A stretch of 64,000 nt of DNA from an uncultured Chloroflexia bacterium (GTDB taxonomy: Bacteria > Chloroflexota > Dehalococcoidia > UBA2979). The notes below the pieces were generated by a model that did no database searches, had not been told where the DNA came from, and saw only the letters and a program-made list of their open reading frames with translations. Location of the stretch: positions 32,001 to 96,000 of the forward strand of contig CAVSIV010000006.1 of assembly GCA_963728205.1 (NCBI GenBank). The letters run 5' to 3'. This document shows positions 25,073 to 35,178 of this stretch, piece after piece (position 1 is the stretch's first letter; each line of letters starts with the position of its first letter). A program made the position numbers and the translations under genes.

Positions 25073-26050
25073 CTACGCGAGCGCGTACCGCGGCGGCCGC
25101 ACCCACTCCTCGCCGGCGGGGTTCTCCTGCGCTCGAATCTCGCGACGTCGCTGCGCCGCCTCGAGGCGCTGCGCGCGGCGGATCACTAGGTCGCGCTCGC
25201 GCTGGTGCTCGACGTCGCGGGACGATGCCGCCGCGCGCCGCCGCCGCGGCTTGCCGGGCTCCACCTCGATGCGCTCCTCGTCGGCCAGCTGCTTGAGGTG
25301 GCTCCGCACGTTGTTCTCGGCGGCGCGGCGCAGCCGCGGGTTGATGTCGGGGTAGAGCTTGAGCATGAGGTCCCAGCTCGTGACCGGCTTGCCCTCCGCG
25401 AGCGCGTCGAGGATTTGACGCTCGCGCATGTTGCGATGGTCGACGTACATCTGCAGCCGCTCGCGCGGGTCGTTCACGATCTTGCCGTGGCCCGGGCAGA
25501 TCACCTTGAGGTTCGGCAGCGCGAGCAGCCGCTCCAGGCTGCGCCGGTACTCCGCGAGATCCCACACGGTCGTCGTCGACGAACCGAGCAGCGTGTCGCC
25601 GGTGAACAGCACGCCCTCGCGCTCGAGATAGAAGCACAGCGAGTCGACGCTGTGGCCGGGCGTCGCCATCACCTGCAGGCGCACCCCCTTGCCGAGGTCG
25701 ATCACATCGCCGTCGGCCAGCTGGTTGACCTGGCGCGGGATGCGGCCGGTGAGCAGGCGCCGGCCGCCCTCGGGAATCGCAACCTCGGCGCCGAGGAAGC
25801 GCTGCGCCCACTTCAGGTTCCCCGAGTGATCGGAGTGGTGGTGCGTGATCGCCGCCACGCCGATCTCCGCGTGCTCGGTGGCGGCGAGGTAGCCGCGCAG
25901 GAACCAGCGGTAGCGGTCGATGGCCTCACCGGAGTCGATGGTGAGCGACTGCCCGCCCTTCGGCCCGACCAGGTAGATCGAGGTGAAATCGGGATGCATG
26001 GGGTTCTCGTCGGGCACCATGGCGGCGCGGACGGAGCGGCTGATCTGCAT
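25073..26050 (-). CDS. Metallo-beta-lactamase-fold hydrolase (LACTB2-like, C-terminal winged helix)
   Basis: THHHSDHSG, TPGHS, LFTGDTLLG, CPGHG, HRNMRERQI, V.SHLKQL. Confidence 0.9.
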   Translation of the reverse strand: MQISRSVRAAMVPDENPMHPDFTSIYLVGPKGGQSLTIDSGEAIDRYRWFLRGYLAATEHAEIGVAAITHHHSDHSGNLKWAQRFLGAEVAIPEGGRRLLTGRIPRQVNQLADGDVIDLGKGVRLQVMATPGHSVDSLCFYLEREGVLFTGDTLLGSSTTTVWDLAEYRRSLERLLALPNLKVICPGHGKIVNDPRERLQMYVDHRNMRERQILDALAEGKPVTSWDLMLKLYPDINPRLRRAAENNVRSHLKQLADEERIEVEPGKPRRRRAAASSRDVEHQRERDLVIRRAQRLEAAQRRREIRAQENPAGEEWVRPPRYALA

Positions 26051-26342
26051 GGCGGCCTCGCGTTCCGGTCGGTTCCGCGGCGCGGGGCGCCGGGTCCGCC
26101 GCAGCATACCCGCCCGGTGGGCGCGGCCGTCGGCGGCGAGCGCGGCCGCCCCGGGAATCCGCTCAGCGCGCCCGACCCGCCCCCAGCATCTCCACCGACT
26201 TCGCGATGCGGCGCGCCCGCGTCTCCAGCGTCTTCGCGGCTTCCACGTTCAGCACGTGCCAGCGACGGTTCGTATACGCGAGCCCGTCGAAGAACCGCTG
26301 CTCCTCGGGCGCGGCGCGGAGCGCGGCGGCGAAGTCGAACGT

Positions 26343-28046
26343 TTACGCCACCGACACCAGCACGCTGTGGTAGCCCGTCGCGCCGTTCGGCGCGGGCGCG
26401 TGCGGCTCCGCGACCTGCAGGTTCCCGTCGCCGTCCGTCGCCCGAACCGCGATCAGGTAGTCGCCCGGCGTCGCATCCCATGCATAGACCCACTGCCGCC
26501 AGCTCGATTGCGTGAGCGCCTCGCCGAGGCGCGCCTCGCGCCACTCGCCGGAGTCCGCCGGCGCGCCCGGGTGCGTGATGCGCACCTCGACCTTGCTGAT
26601 GCTGCGGATGCCGCCCCACGCCACGCCGGCGACGGGCACGGGCCCCGCCCTCACCCCGCGGCCGTTCTGCGGAACGTCGATGCGCGACTGCGTCTTGATC
26701 GGTCCCTGCTTCGACCAGCCGCGCGGGATCCAGTACGCATCGAAGGCCTCGAGCGTCGTGAGCTCGATCTCCTTCAGCCACTTCGTCGCCGACACGTAAC
26801 CGTAGAGGCCCGGCACGATCAGCCGCGCCGGGAAGCCGTGCTTCGCCGGCAGCGGCTCGCCGTTCATCCCAACCGCGACCATCGACGGCCGGCCGTCGAG
26901 CGCGACCGCCGTCGGGAAGCCGACCGTGAAGCCGTCGACCGACCGGCCCACGACCTGCGAAGCGCCCGCCTGCACGCCCGCTTTCTTCAGGATCTCGGCG
27001 AGCGACACCCCGAGCCACACCGCGTTGCCGGCGAGGTTGCCGCCGACCTCGTTCGACACGCACACAAGCGTCGCCGACTGCTCGATCGACGTCATGTGCA
27101 GCAGGTCGTCGAAGGTGAGCGTGTAGGGATGGTCGACCATGCCCTTGATGCTCAGCGTCCACGTCGACGCGTCGATCTGCGGGATCACGAGCGCGGTGTC
27201 GATGCGATAGAAGCTGGCGTTCGGCGTGACGAGCGCGGAGATGCCGTCGACCTGCGCGGGATTGGAGGGGACGGGGCCGGGAGGCGTCGCCGCCGACGTC
27301 GCGGAGGCCGCCGGCGCGGTGGTCGCGACCGGCGTCGAAGTGGCGACGGCGCCCGCGCTGCTCGCCGGCTGCGCGGTCGCAAGCGGCGTCGGCGTATTGC
27401 GCACGGTGGGCAGCACGATGGTGCGGCGCTGAGCCTCGACGTCGACGGCCGGGCCGAACGCGTTGCGCCCGACGACGCCGGCCAGCGCGGCCGCGCCGCC
27501 GGCGCCCGCGGCGAGCGCGAAGAAGCGGCGGCGATCGCCGGCACCTGTACGCGGCATCACCGCGCGCGCCTCGGCCGCGTCGCCCGAGCCCGCGGGCGGG
27601 GTGGGCTCGCTCGCCGGTGCCGTCGGCGCGACGTCGAGCAGCACGCGCAGCGCGACCCAGCCCGCGAGCGCGCCGACGCCCGCGTCGAGGAACGCGATCA
27701 CGGTCGCGGTCAGCGGGTCGCGCGCGCCGGCCAGCGCGCCGGCGAGCCCGAAGCCGGCGAACGCGGCGACGCCTACCCAGCGCCGGCGCCCCGCCGCCGG
27801 GCCGAGCGCCGCGCCGAGCGCCAGCGACACCGCGACCACGCTCCACAGCACCGTCGGCTTGTCGTGTGTGCCGAGCGCCTCGATCGCACGCTTCACGACG
27901 GGCCCGGGCGTGTAGTCGACGATCGCCCGGCCGACCTCGACGATCAGCGACGCGTTCGTGATCCCCGCCATGAGCTCGACCGCGCCCAGCGCGACCGCGG
28001 CGGCCAGCAGGCCGGCGAGGGCGTCGTAGCGGCGAATGCGGGTCAT
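26343..28046 (-). CDS. Membrane-anchored molybdopterin oxidoreductase (sulfite oxidase family)
   Basis: N-terminal TMs, internal DRRRFF, TPNASFYRID, LVCVSN, GNAVWLGV, HGFPARLIVPGLYGYVSATKWL, WRQW. Confidence 0.9.
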   Translation of the reverse strand: MTRIRRYDALAGLLAAAVALGAVELMAGITNASLIVEVGRAIVDYTPGPVVKRAIEALGTHDKPTVLWSVVAVSLALGAALGPAAGRRRWVGVAAFAGFGLAGALAGARDPLTATVIAFLDAGVGALAGWVALRVLLDVAPTAPASEPTPPAGSGDAAEARAVMPRTGAGDRRRFFALAAGAGGAAALAGVVGRNAFGPAVDVEAQRRTIVLPTVRNTPTPLATAQPASSAGAVATSTPVATTAPAASATSAATPPGPVPSNPAQVDGISALVTPNASFYRIDTALVIPQIDASTWTLSIKGMVDHPYTLTFDDLLHMTSIEQSATLVCVSNEVGGNLAGNAVWLGVSLAEILKKAGVQAGASQVVGRSVDGFTVGFPTAVALDGRPSMVAVGMNGEPLPAKHGFPARLIVPGLYGYVSATKWLKEIELTTLEAFDAYWIPRGWSKQGPIKTQSRIDVPQNGRGVRAGPVPVAGVAWGGIRSISKVEVRITHPGAPADSGEWREARLGEALTQSSWRQWVYAWDATPGDYLIAVRATDGDGNLQVAEPHAPAPNGATGYHSVLVSVA

Positions 28047-28156
28047 GGCGGTTCCCTCCGGTGCGGGCGACACGCGCCCGCCCGGATCGATTGGACTGCA
28101 TTCTGGACACCGCAGGGATTACAAACCTGTCGGAGCGACAGGCGAGTCGCCCGGGC

Positions 28157-29287
28157 CTAGGGAGCGGGCGTCGCGCCGGCGAAGCGCGGCACGATCTGCT
28201 CCGTGAACAGGCCGAGCGACCGCGACGCCTCGTCGTGCGTGAGGTCGCCCCACTGGAACGATCCGACGAAGTAGTTGGCGCCGCTCTCCTCGACGTAGCG
28301 CTCCACGTACCGGCCCACGCTCTCGACGGTGCCGACGAGCAGCGCCTCGGCGTCGATGGCCTGCTCCGGGGTGATGCGCATCGTGAGCACGCTGTTCGGC
28401 CGCGAAGCCGGCTGCGCCGCCGTCTGCTGCTGCCGGAACCACGCCGATTCACGGACGACCGCGTTGAAGGCGCCGGCCGCGCCGTCGCGGGCGTCCTCGC
28501 CGCTCGGCGACGGCTTCGCGAAGTGCGAGAGGTACGAGTGGTACGCGGCGATGCCGCGCTCGCGGGCCTCGTCCTCGCTTCCGCAGATCAGGATGCGCCG
28601 CGTGCCGCCGTACAGCGGGTCGGCGGGACGGTGGACGTTCGGCGCGTCGTCGGCGCGCGCCGTCTCCCACATCTCGCGGTAGAGCTTCGTGACCGTCGCG
28701 ATCTGCGCGATCGAGCCGTTTGCGATGAAGTTCGCCGCCCGGCGCGCCGCGCTCTCCGGGCCGCCCGCCCACCACAGCGGCGGGTGCGGGACCTGGCTCG
28801 GCCGCAGCGCCATCCAGAGATCCTGCACGTCGAGGAACTTCCCGTGGTACGTGAGGTACTCCGACTGCAGCCCGGTGCGCAGGATGTCGAGCGTCTCCTC
28901 GAAGCGCTCGGCGTTGTCGTCCGGGTTCTCGCCCCACATCGCCAGCTCGGTCCCGCCGCCGGTGCCCGGGCCGACACCCAGGTCGAGGCGGCCGTCCGAG
29001 AGCTGGTCGACCATGCACACCTCCTCAATCAGGCGGATCGGATGGTGCAGGGGCAGCACGAAGACGAGCGGCCCGAAGCGCAGCCGGCGCGTGCGCTGCG
29101 CGGCCGACGCGAGGAAGACCGACTGGTTCGGCGCGATACACAGCGGCGAGTGGTGGTGCTGCGCGACGTGGTACGAGTAGATGCCGCCGGCGTCGGCCCG
29201 CTCCATCAGCCGCAGGCGGTCCTCGTACTGGCGCGCGAGGTCCACGTCGGTGCGCCGCTCGATGTGATCGAAGATGCCGAACTTCAT
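28157..29287 (-). CDS. Luciferase-like (LLM) flavin-dependent oxidoreductase
   Basis: MKFGIF, AQHH, HPIRLIEE, DQLSDGRLDLGVG, RFEE, QVPHPPLW. Confidence 0.92.
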   Translation of the reverse strand: MKFGIFDHIERRTDVDLARQYEDRLRLMERADAGGIYSYHVAQHHHSPLCIAPNQSVFLASAAQRTRRLRFGPLVFVLPLHHPIRLIEEVCMVDQLSDGRLDLGVGPGTGGGTELAMWGENPDDNAERFEETLDILRTGLQSEYLTYHGKFLDVQDLWMALRPSQVPHPPLWWAGGPESAARRAANFIANGSIAQIATVTKLYREMWETARADDAPNVHRPADPLYGGTRRILICGSEDEARERGIAAYHSYLSHFAKPSPSGEDARDGAAGAFNAVVRESAWFRQQQTAAQPASRPNSVLTMRITPEQAIDAEALLVGTVESVGRYVERYVEESGANYFVGSFQWGDLTHDEASRSLGLFTEQIVPRFAGATPAP

Positions 29288-29349
29288 GGCGCCCCCCCTG
29301 CGCTGCCGCCCTGTGGCGCGCGGAGATTACGACGGGGCGAGGCGCCGCG

Positions 29350-30643
29350 TCAGCGCGCGGGCGCGGCCGGGAGCGCGCGGACCGCTCGCCGCAGTGGCGC
29401 CGCGAGGTCACCGCGCCGCGCCACCTCCACGCGGTCGAGCCCGAGCCACCCGCGCATCAGGTCGAGCTCCGCCGCCAGCGCCGGCGCCACGCGGCGCGCG
29501 TCCTCGCCGGGCTCCACGTAGGCACCGGGGACCGCGAGCACGCCGCGCTCGCGGTCGGCCTTCAGGTCGCAGCGGGCGACCAGCGTGTCGCCGAGCAGGA
29601 ACGGCAGCACGTAGTAGCCGTACACGCGCTTCGGCGCCGGCGTGTACAGCTCGATCGTGTAGCGCATGCCGAACAGGCGATCGAGACGCGCGCGGTCCCA
29701 GACGAGCGAGTCGAAGGGCGCGACGAGCGCGCGGGCGTCGACGGCGCGCGGCACGCGCGCGCCCGGATGCAGGTACGCCGGCTCCGACCACCCCTCGACG
29801 CGGGCAGGCAGGAGCCGGCCCGCGTCGACGAGCTCCGCGACCAGTCGCTTCACCACCGGCTGCGCGCGACGGACGGCCGTGCCTTTCGGCCGCTCCCATT
29901 CGGTGCCACGCGGGCGGTCCTCCCACCACGGGCCGGGCGGCGAGCGGTCCTGCCAGTCGTCGACCTTGAAGTAGTACGCGATGTCCTTGAGCGTCCCCAC
30001 CCCGTACGCCCGGGCGCCGAGACAGAATCAGCGCCTTCATCGCCTCCTCGCGCGCCGGGGCGGGCGCGTCGAGCGCGGCGCGCGGGATCACGCGGTCGGC
30101 GACGTCGTAGAGGCGCTCGAAGCCGCGGCGGCCGGCGATCGCCAGGAGGCCGGCGTTGTAGAGGAACTCCAGCGCCGCCTTGCCGTCGCCCCAGCCCCAC
30201 CAGTTGCCCGAGCGGCGGCCCGGCTCGGAGAGCCCGGCGGCGGCGAGCGGACCGCGGTCCGCGACTTCGTCGTAGACGCGGGCGACGTAGGCGCCGCGTG
30301 GCGAGCGCATGTACGCGCGGGCGTGCTCGTCGCGCATCCGGTAGCGGACGAGCGGGTAGAGCGCGACCGGCATCAGCGACGCGGCGTGCCCCCAGTACTC
30401 GAAGAGCTCGCGGCGGCGGTAGGCCAGGACGTCGAGGGCGTCCGCGCGATACGGGCCGAGCCGCGCGAACGCGGGGACGTAGTGCGCGCGCGTGACGACG
30501 TTCACCGAGTCGATCTGGAACGCGTGGAGCCGCGCCGCGAGCGCGCGGACGTGTCGCAGCGAGGGCGCCGCCGGGCGCCGTCCGAACCCCTGCGACGCGA
30601 CGGCCAGGCGTCGCGCCTCCGGCAGCGAGAGCGTGATCGTCAT
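29350..30643 (-). CDS. YcaQ/AlkZ-like crosslink-repair DNA glycosylase (winged-helix HTH_42), apparent +1 frameshift at ~30026
   Basis: N-half (EARRLAVASQG, QIDSVNVV.RAHY, FEYWGHAAS, RRGFERLYD) is in one frame; C-half (APFDSLVWDRAR, Y.IELYTPAPKRVYGYYVLPFL) is in another. Deleting one base at 30026 joins them (LICLGARAYGVGTLKD). Confidence 0.85.
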
Positions 30644-30800
30644 CGCGGTCCCCCCGGGCCGACCGCAGACTACCCCGGCCACGAGCGTCGCACGGAGCGC
30701 GCGCCGGGCGGCCGCCGCGACGCGGCAGCTCACCCCCCTTTACGTTGGCGATAAGGTAAGGGTCCTTTACCCGGTTCGGCCTGTGGCGAGGAGCGGCTCA

Positions 30801-32171
30801 ATGGCGCGCACCGACGTGCAAGTGCTGCCGCCCGAGCCCGGGACCTCGCCGGAGGAGCCCGAGCCGCAGTCCGGGCTGCTGCGCTACCTCCCGCGCACGT
30901 TCGACGGGCTGCGCTTCGGCCCCTTCCGCTGGTATCTCGGCGCGCTGATCTTCTGGAACGCGGCGATGAGCATGCAGATGCTCACCCGCGGCTACCTCGC
31001 CTTCGAGATCACCGGGTCGTTCGCGTCGCTCGGCGTGATCGGGATCGCCAGCGCGGTGCCGATGCTGTTCCTGTCGCCGTTCGGCGGCGTGCTCGCGGAC
31101 CGCATGCCGCGACGCGTGGTGCTGCAGATCGGCCAGGGGTTCGGGCTCGTGATCGCGCTCGCCGTCGCGATGCTGATCTTCGCCGGGCGCCTGACCTTCG
31201 AGGCGCTGTTCATCGCGTCGATCGGGCAGGGCACGATGATGGCGCTGGTCATGCCGTCGCGGCAGGCGTACCTGCCGGAGGTCGTCGGGCTGCGCCGGCT
31301 GATGAACGCGATCCCGCTGCAGTCCGCGAGCATGAACCTCATGCAGATCCTCGCGCCCGCGGCCGGGGGGTTCGCGATCGACTGGATCGGCGCCGGCGCC
31401 GTGTACGTGGCGATGGCGGTGATGTACGCCGCCTCGATGCTGACGCTGTTCGCGGTGCGCTCGCTGAGCGCCGAGGAGTTCGACGCCGCCGCCGCCGAGC
31501 AGGCGGCGAACACCGGCCGGCGCAGCCGGGTGCGCTCGCGCTCGCGGGGTGGCGACGGCACGACGCGCGGCAGCGCGTTCGGCGACCTCGCGAGCGGGCT
31601 GCGCTACCTCTTCCGCAACCCCGTGCTGCTGAGCGTGCTCGCCTTCACGCTGCTCGGGTCGGTGCTCGGGATGCCGATTCGGCGCCTGCTGCCGGGCTAC
31701 GTCGCCTACGTATTCAGCAGCACCGGCACCGCACTCGGCGTGATGCAGGTGGCGATGGGCGTGGGCGCCCTCGCGGGCGCGCTCGTGCTCGCGACGCTGC
31801 GGCTCGACCGCCACCGCGGACTGATCTTCGCGGGCAGCGCGCTGCTGATGGGCGTGTCGCTGCTGCTGTTCTCGATGACCGGCGTCTTCTGGTTGGCCTG
31901 GATCGCGCTGCTCGTCGTCGGCGTCGGAACCACCGGGCGCCAGGCGCTGAGCCAGATGCTCATGCAGGACTACGTCGAGGACGAGTACCGCGGCCGCGTG
32001 ATGTCGATCTACATGATGCAGATCAGCCTGATGAACATCGGCACCTTCTTCGTGAGCCTGTACATGGACTGGCTGGGCCCGCGGTTCGCCATCGGGTCGC
32101 TCGGCGTGGGCCTGATCGTGGCGACGGTCGCCTACGTCGCCTTCGTCCCGCGCTTCCGACGGCTCGCCTGA
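30801..32171 (+). CDS. MFS transporter (DHA3/EntS-like)
   Basis: GGVLADRMPRR, PSRQAYLPEVVG, EYRGRVMSIY; 12 TM. Confidence 0.9.
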   Translation: MARTDVQVLPPEPGTSPEEPEPQSGLLRYLPRTFDGLRFGPFRWYLGALIFWNAAMSMQMLTRGYLAFEITGSFASLGVIGIASAVPMLFLSPFGGVLADRMPRRVVLQIGQGFGLVIALAVAMLIFAGRLTFEALFIASIGQGTMMALVMPSRQAYLPEVVGLRRLMNAIPLQSASMNLMQILAPAAGGFAIDWIGAGAVYVAMAVMYAASMLTLFAVRSLSAEEFDAAAAEQAANTGRRSRVRSRSRGGDGTTRGSAFGDLASGLRYLFRNPVLLSVLAFTLLGSVLGMPIRRLLPGYVAYVFSSTGTALGVMQVAMGVGALAGALVLATLRLDRHRGLIFAGSALLMGVSLLLFSMTGVFWLAWIALLVVGVGTTGRQALSQMLMQDYVEDEYRGRVMSIYMMQISLMNIGTFFVSLYMDWLGPRFAIGSLGVGLIVATVAYVAFVPRFRRLA

Positions 32172-32210
32172 CGCTTGCGGAAGCGGGCGCACGGTAGACT
32201 CCCGCGCGGC

Positions 32211-32460
32211 ATGCGCGACCTCCACGGCGCCGTCGCCTCGCTGACGTTGCACGAGCTCGCGTGGGGCGCGACGCTGGCCGCCGTCGCGGAGGTACGCCGC
32301 GTGCCGCGTGGGGCGCGACGTGCCTCGTCCGCGTGAACGCCACCGACGACGCGCTGCGCGGTGCGGCCGACGGTTCGCCGTGGAGGCGCTCGAGCACGTC
32401 ACGATCGACCGCTTCGGGACGCCGAAGCAGGCATGGGAGTGTCGCGCGCGGGCGTGCTGA
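32211..32460 (+). pseudogene. Degraded class I SAM-dependent methyltransferase remnant
   Basis: Three frames give VASLTLH...TLAAVAEVRRV, LVRVNATDD and FAVEALEHVTIDRFGTPKQAWECRAR*, resembling a methyltransferase C-half; no intact ORF. Confidence 0.5.
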
Positions 32461-32480
32461 GCGCGCGGACTGGAGGCGAC

Positions 32481-33188
32481 ATGAGCTTCGACCCGACCGT
32501 TCGCGAGGCCCTCGAGGGCATCTCGACCGCGACCCTGACGACCGTGCTGCTCAAGCACGGCCTGCGCCGCACGTGGATGCGCGGGACGGCGCCGCTCGCC
32601 GAGGGCCAGGCGCGCGTGGTCGGGCCGGCGTTCACGATGCGCTTCGTCCCGGCGCGCGAGGACCTCGCGACGCCGGAGTCGTGGAAGTCGCCGCGCTCGA
32701 CGCGCGCCGCGATCGAGGAGATGCCGCCCGGCTGTGTCGCGGTGATCGATGCGATGGGGATCACCGACGCGGGGGTCTTCGGCGACATCCTCTGTAGCCG
32801 CATGCGGCAGCGCGGCGTGGCCGGCCTCGTGACCGACGGCGTGGTGCGCGACGGTGCCGGCGTGTTCGCGAGCGGTCTCTCCGTGTGGTGCAGCGGCGTG
32901 GCAGCGCCGCCGTCGGTGGCCGGGCTGACGTTCGTCGGCTGGCAGGAGCCGATCGGCTGCGGCGGGGTGGCCGTGTTCCCCGGCGACGTGGTGGTGGCCG
33001 ACGGCGACGGCGCCGTCGTGATCCCGGCGGCCGAGCTCGACGCGGTCGTCGCGGAGGCGGTCGAGCAGGAGCGTCTCGAGGCGTGGATCATGCGGCAGGT
33101 CGAGGCGGGCGCCGCGCTGCCGGGCCTGTACCCGCCGAACGCGGAGACGCAGGCGCGGTACGAGGCCGAGACGCGCGAGGGGGAATAG
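32481..33188 (+). CDS. RraA-family / HMG-CHA aldolase-like protein
   Basis: STATLTT, VGPAFTMRF.PAREDL, AGVFGDIL, GLVTDGVVRD, GGVAVFPGDVVVADGDGAVVIP. GGAGG RBS. Confidence 0.88.
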   Translation: MSFDPTVREALEGISTATLTTVLLKHGLRRTWMRGTAPLAEGQARVVGPAFTMRFVPAREDLATPESWKSPRSTRAAIEEMPPGCVAVIDAMGITDAGVFGDILCSRMRQRGVAGLVTDGVVRDGAGVFASGLSVWCSGVAAPPSVAGLTFVGWQEPIGCGGVAVFPGDVVVADGDGAVVIPAAELDAVVAEAVEQERLEAWIMRQVEAGAALPGLYPPNAETQARYEAETREGE

Positions 33189-33386
33189 TCGCCTCGCGCC
33201 GCGGCGAGCCGGGGACGCCGGGCCGCGGTTGCCGGCCGCGGTACGGGTGGGGAGACATCGCGCCGGAGGATGTCCGCGCGGCGGTCCAAGCGTGAGGGCG
33301 ACGGAGCGGTTGAACGGAAACGGCAACAGCGGGCTCACGCCCCCTGCTCGCCGCGGGCGCGCGGCACGCGCGCCGCGGTGCCGCCG

Positions 33387-34787
33387 CTAGCGCGGCAGCC
33401 AGGCCGGCTCGTGCGTGCCGTGCGCGACGGGCGGGAGGTCCCACCGCGGCTCCGTCTCGGACATCGATAGCGCGGGCTTGAGATACGTGAGGTGGCCGAA
33501 GTCCGGCGAGTCCAGCTCGCCGAGGAACGGCGTCACGTCACCGGCGTCGCCGGCGCGCGGGTCGAGGTCGTCGCCGAGGCGCTGGTACCACATGCATGTC
33601 TGGCTCAGCGACACCTGCACGTGCCACGAGCCGCCCTCGACTGCCCGGCGCGCGAGCGCGGTCATCGCGCCGTAGGCCGCGAAGTATCCCGTCGAGTAGT
33701 CGTTGACGGCGGCCGGCGAGAGGCGCGGGGCGGACTCGCGCGCGCTGCCCTCGCGGAACGACATGCCGGTCGCGGCCTGCCCGAGCTGCTCCCAGCCCGG
33801 CCGCTGCGCCCACGGGCCGACCTGCCCGTAGCAATTCTCCGAGACGTAGACGATGCCCGGCCGCAGCGCGGCAACCTGCTCGGGCGCGAGGCCGCGCTTC
33901 GCGAGCGCGCCGAAGCGGTAGCCCTGCGAGAAGACGTCGGCGCCGCGGATCAGCTCGCGCATCGCGTCCGCCTGCACGGGGTCGCGCAGGTCGAGCGACG
34001 CCTGCCGCTTGCCGATGCCCGTCTCGACGTCGAACAGCGCGCTCGCCGGGAGGTGGGGCGCGGTGACGTGGAGGACGTCGGCGCCGTGCTCGGCGAGCGT
34101 CTTTGCGCAGGTCGGACCCGCGAGCACGCGGGTGACGTCGACGACGCGGATGCCGGACGTCGGACGGTCGCCGGCCGGCGGCGGCTCGGGCGGCGCCTCG
34201 CCGATCTTCGTGATCTTCACGACGGGCCAGTCGGCGAGCGCGCGGCCCTGCGGGTGCGCGGCCCATTCCTGCTTCGTTCGCACGACGCCGCCGCACACGC
34301 CGCGGCGGATGAAGGCGTCCTCGAGCTCGAAGGCGTCGCGGCCGGCGACGGCGGCGGCGACGTCGTCCTCCGACGCCGACTCATCGAGCCCGAGCTCCTC
34401 GAGGATCTGCGGCGAGTCGTTGAACGAGCCGTGGAGCTGCACGTAGCGGCCGTCGCGCGCGGGGACAATCCCGCCGACGCGCGGGCCGCCGCGGGCCCGC
34501 TCCATCGAGGGCTCGCGCGTCGGGTCGGCGAACGTGAGCTGCGTGTACGAGCGCAGCGCCGCGGCGGCGTGGCGGGCGTCGACGCGGAGCACCTGCGTGC
34601 GGCCCGTGCGCACGCGCCAGAGCGCGTTCGCGGCGACGCCGGTGAGCAGCCGCGCGACGGCGGCGCCCTCGCCGAGGTGGTGCGGCGACGGGAGGATGGG
34701 GTCCGCGCCGGCGATCTCGAAATCGAGATCCGGCGGCAGCTGGAGTCCGCCCAGCCGGACGGCCTGCTCGATCGCGCTGCGTTCCAT
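33387..34787 (-). CDS. CoA-transferase family III (CaiB/BaiF), permuted two-domain type
   Basis: SGIRVVDVTRVLAGPT, LAEHGADV, GKRQASLDL, ADVFSQGYR, GPWAQRPGWE, NDYSTG. Confidence 0.9.
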   Translation of the reverse strand: MERSAIEQAVRLGGLQLPPDLDFEIAGADPILPSPHHLGEGAAVARLLTGVAANALWRVRTGRTQVLRVDARHAAAALRSYTQLTFADPTREPSMERARGGPRVGGIVPARDGRYVQLHGSFNDSPQILEELGLDESASEDDVAAAVAGRDAFELEDAFIRRGVCGGVVRTKQEWAAHPQGRALADWPVVKITKIGEAPPEPPPAGDRPTSGIRVVDVTRVLAGPTCAKTLAEHGADVLHVTAPHLPASALFDVETGIGKRQASLDLRDPVQADAMRELIRGADVFSQGYRFGALAKRGLAPEQVAALRPGIVYVSENCYGQVGPWAQRPGWEQLGQAATGMSFREGSARESAPRLSPAAVNDYSTGYFAAYGAMTALARRAVEGGSWHVQVSLSQTCMWYQRLGDDLDPRAGDAGDVTPFLGELDSPDFGHLTYLKPALSMSETEPRWDLPPVAHGTHEPAWLPR

Positions 34788-34876
34788 GCGGGGCTCCCTC
34801 CGTCGGCGGCGGCGTGCGCGGCGGAGCATACCGCCCGGGCAGTGCGGCCGACCGCGCGGCCCGCGAGAATGGCGGC

Positions 34877-35119
34877 ATGGCGGGCGAGCACGCGTCGGCG
34901 GCGGACGAGATGGTGGCGGCGCTGATCGCGCGCTACCGGCAGGCGCAGGCCGAGATGCGGCGACTGTCGGTGCCGGACGACCATGGAGCCGGCGAGCGCA
35001 CGGCGCGGCTGTCCGGGCTCGGCGCGTGGGAGATCGAGGCGGAGCGCGTGCGCCGCGAGATCGAGCGGCTCACCGGCGCGCCGTGGCCCCCCGGCTCCCA
35101 GGCGCGCGGGCAGGCTTGA
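34877..35119 (+). CDS. Small hypothetical helical protein (80 aa)
   Basis: Coding-like GC3, amphipathic helices (LIARYRQAQAEMRRL; WEIEAERVRREIERLTG); fills an intergenic gap. Confidence 0.55.
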   Translation: MAGEHASAADEMVAALIARYRQAQAEMRRLSVPDDHGAGERTARLSGLGAWEIEAERVRREIERLTGAPWPPGSQARGQA

Positions 35120-35178
35120 ATTGAGGCCTGCCGTGTCGACATGCCCCGGTGGGGCGCCGTGAAGGCATGAACGTCACC

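Noticed and set aside
33190-33386. Possible gene tail YGWGDIAPEDVRAAVQA* or small RNA between convergent genes
   Set aside because: Too short, no start or RBS, no recognisable family.
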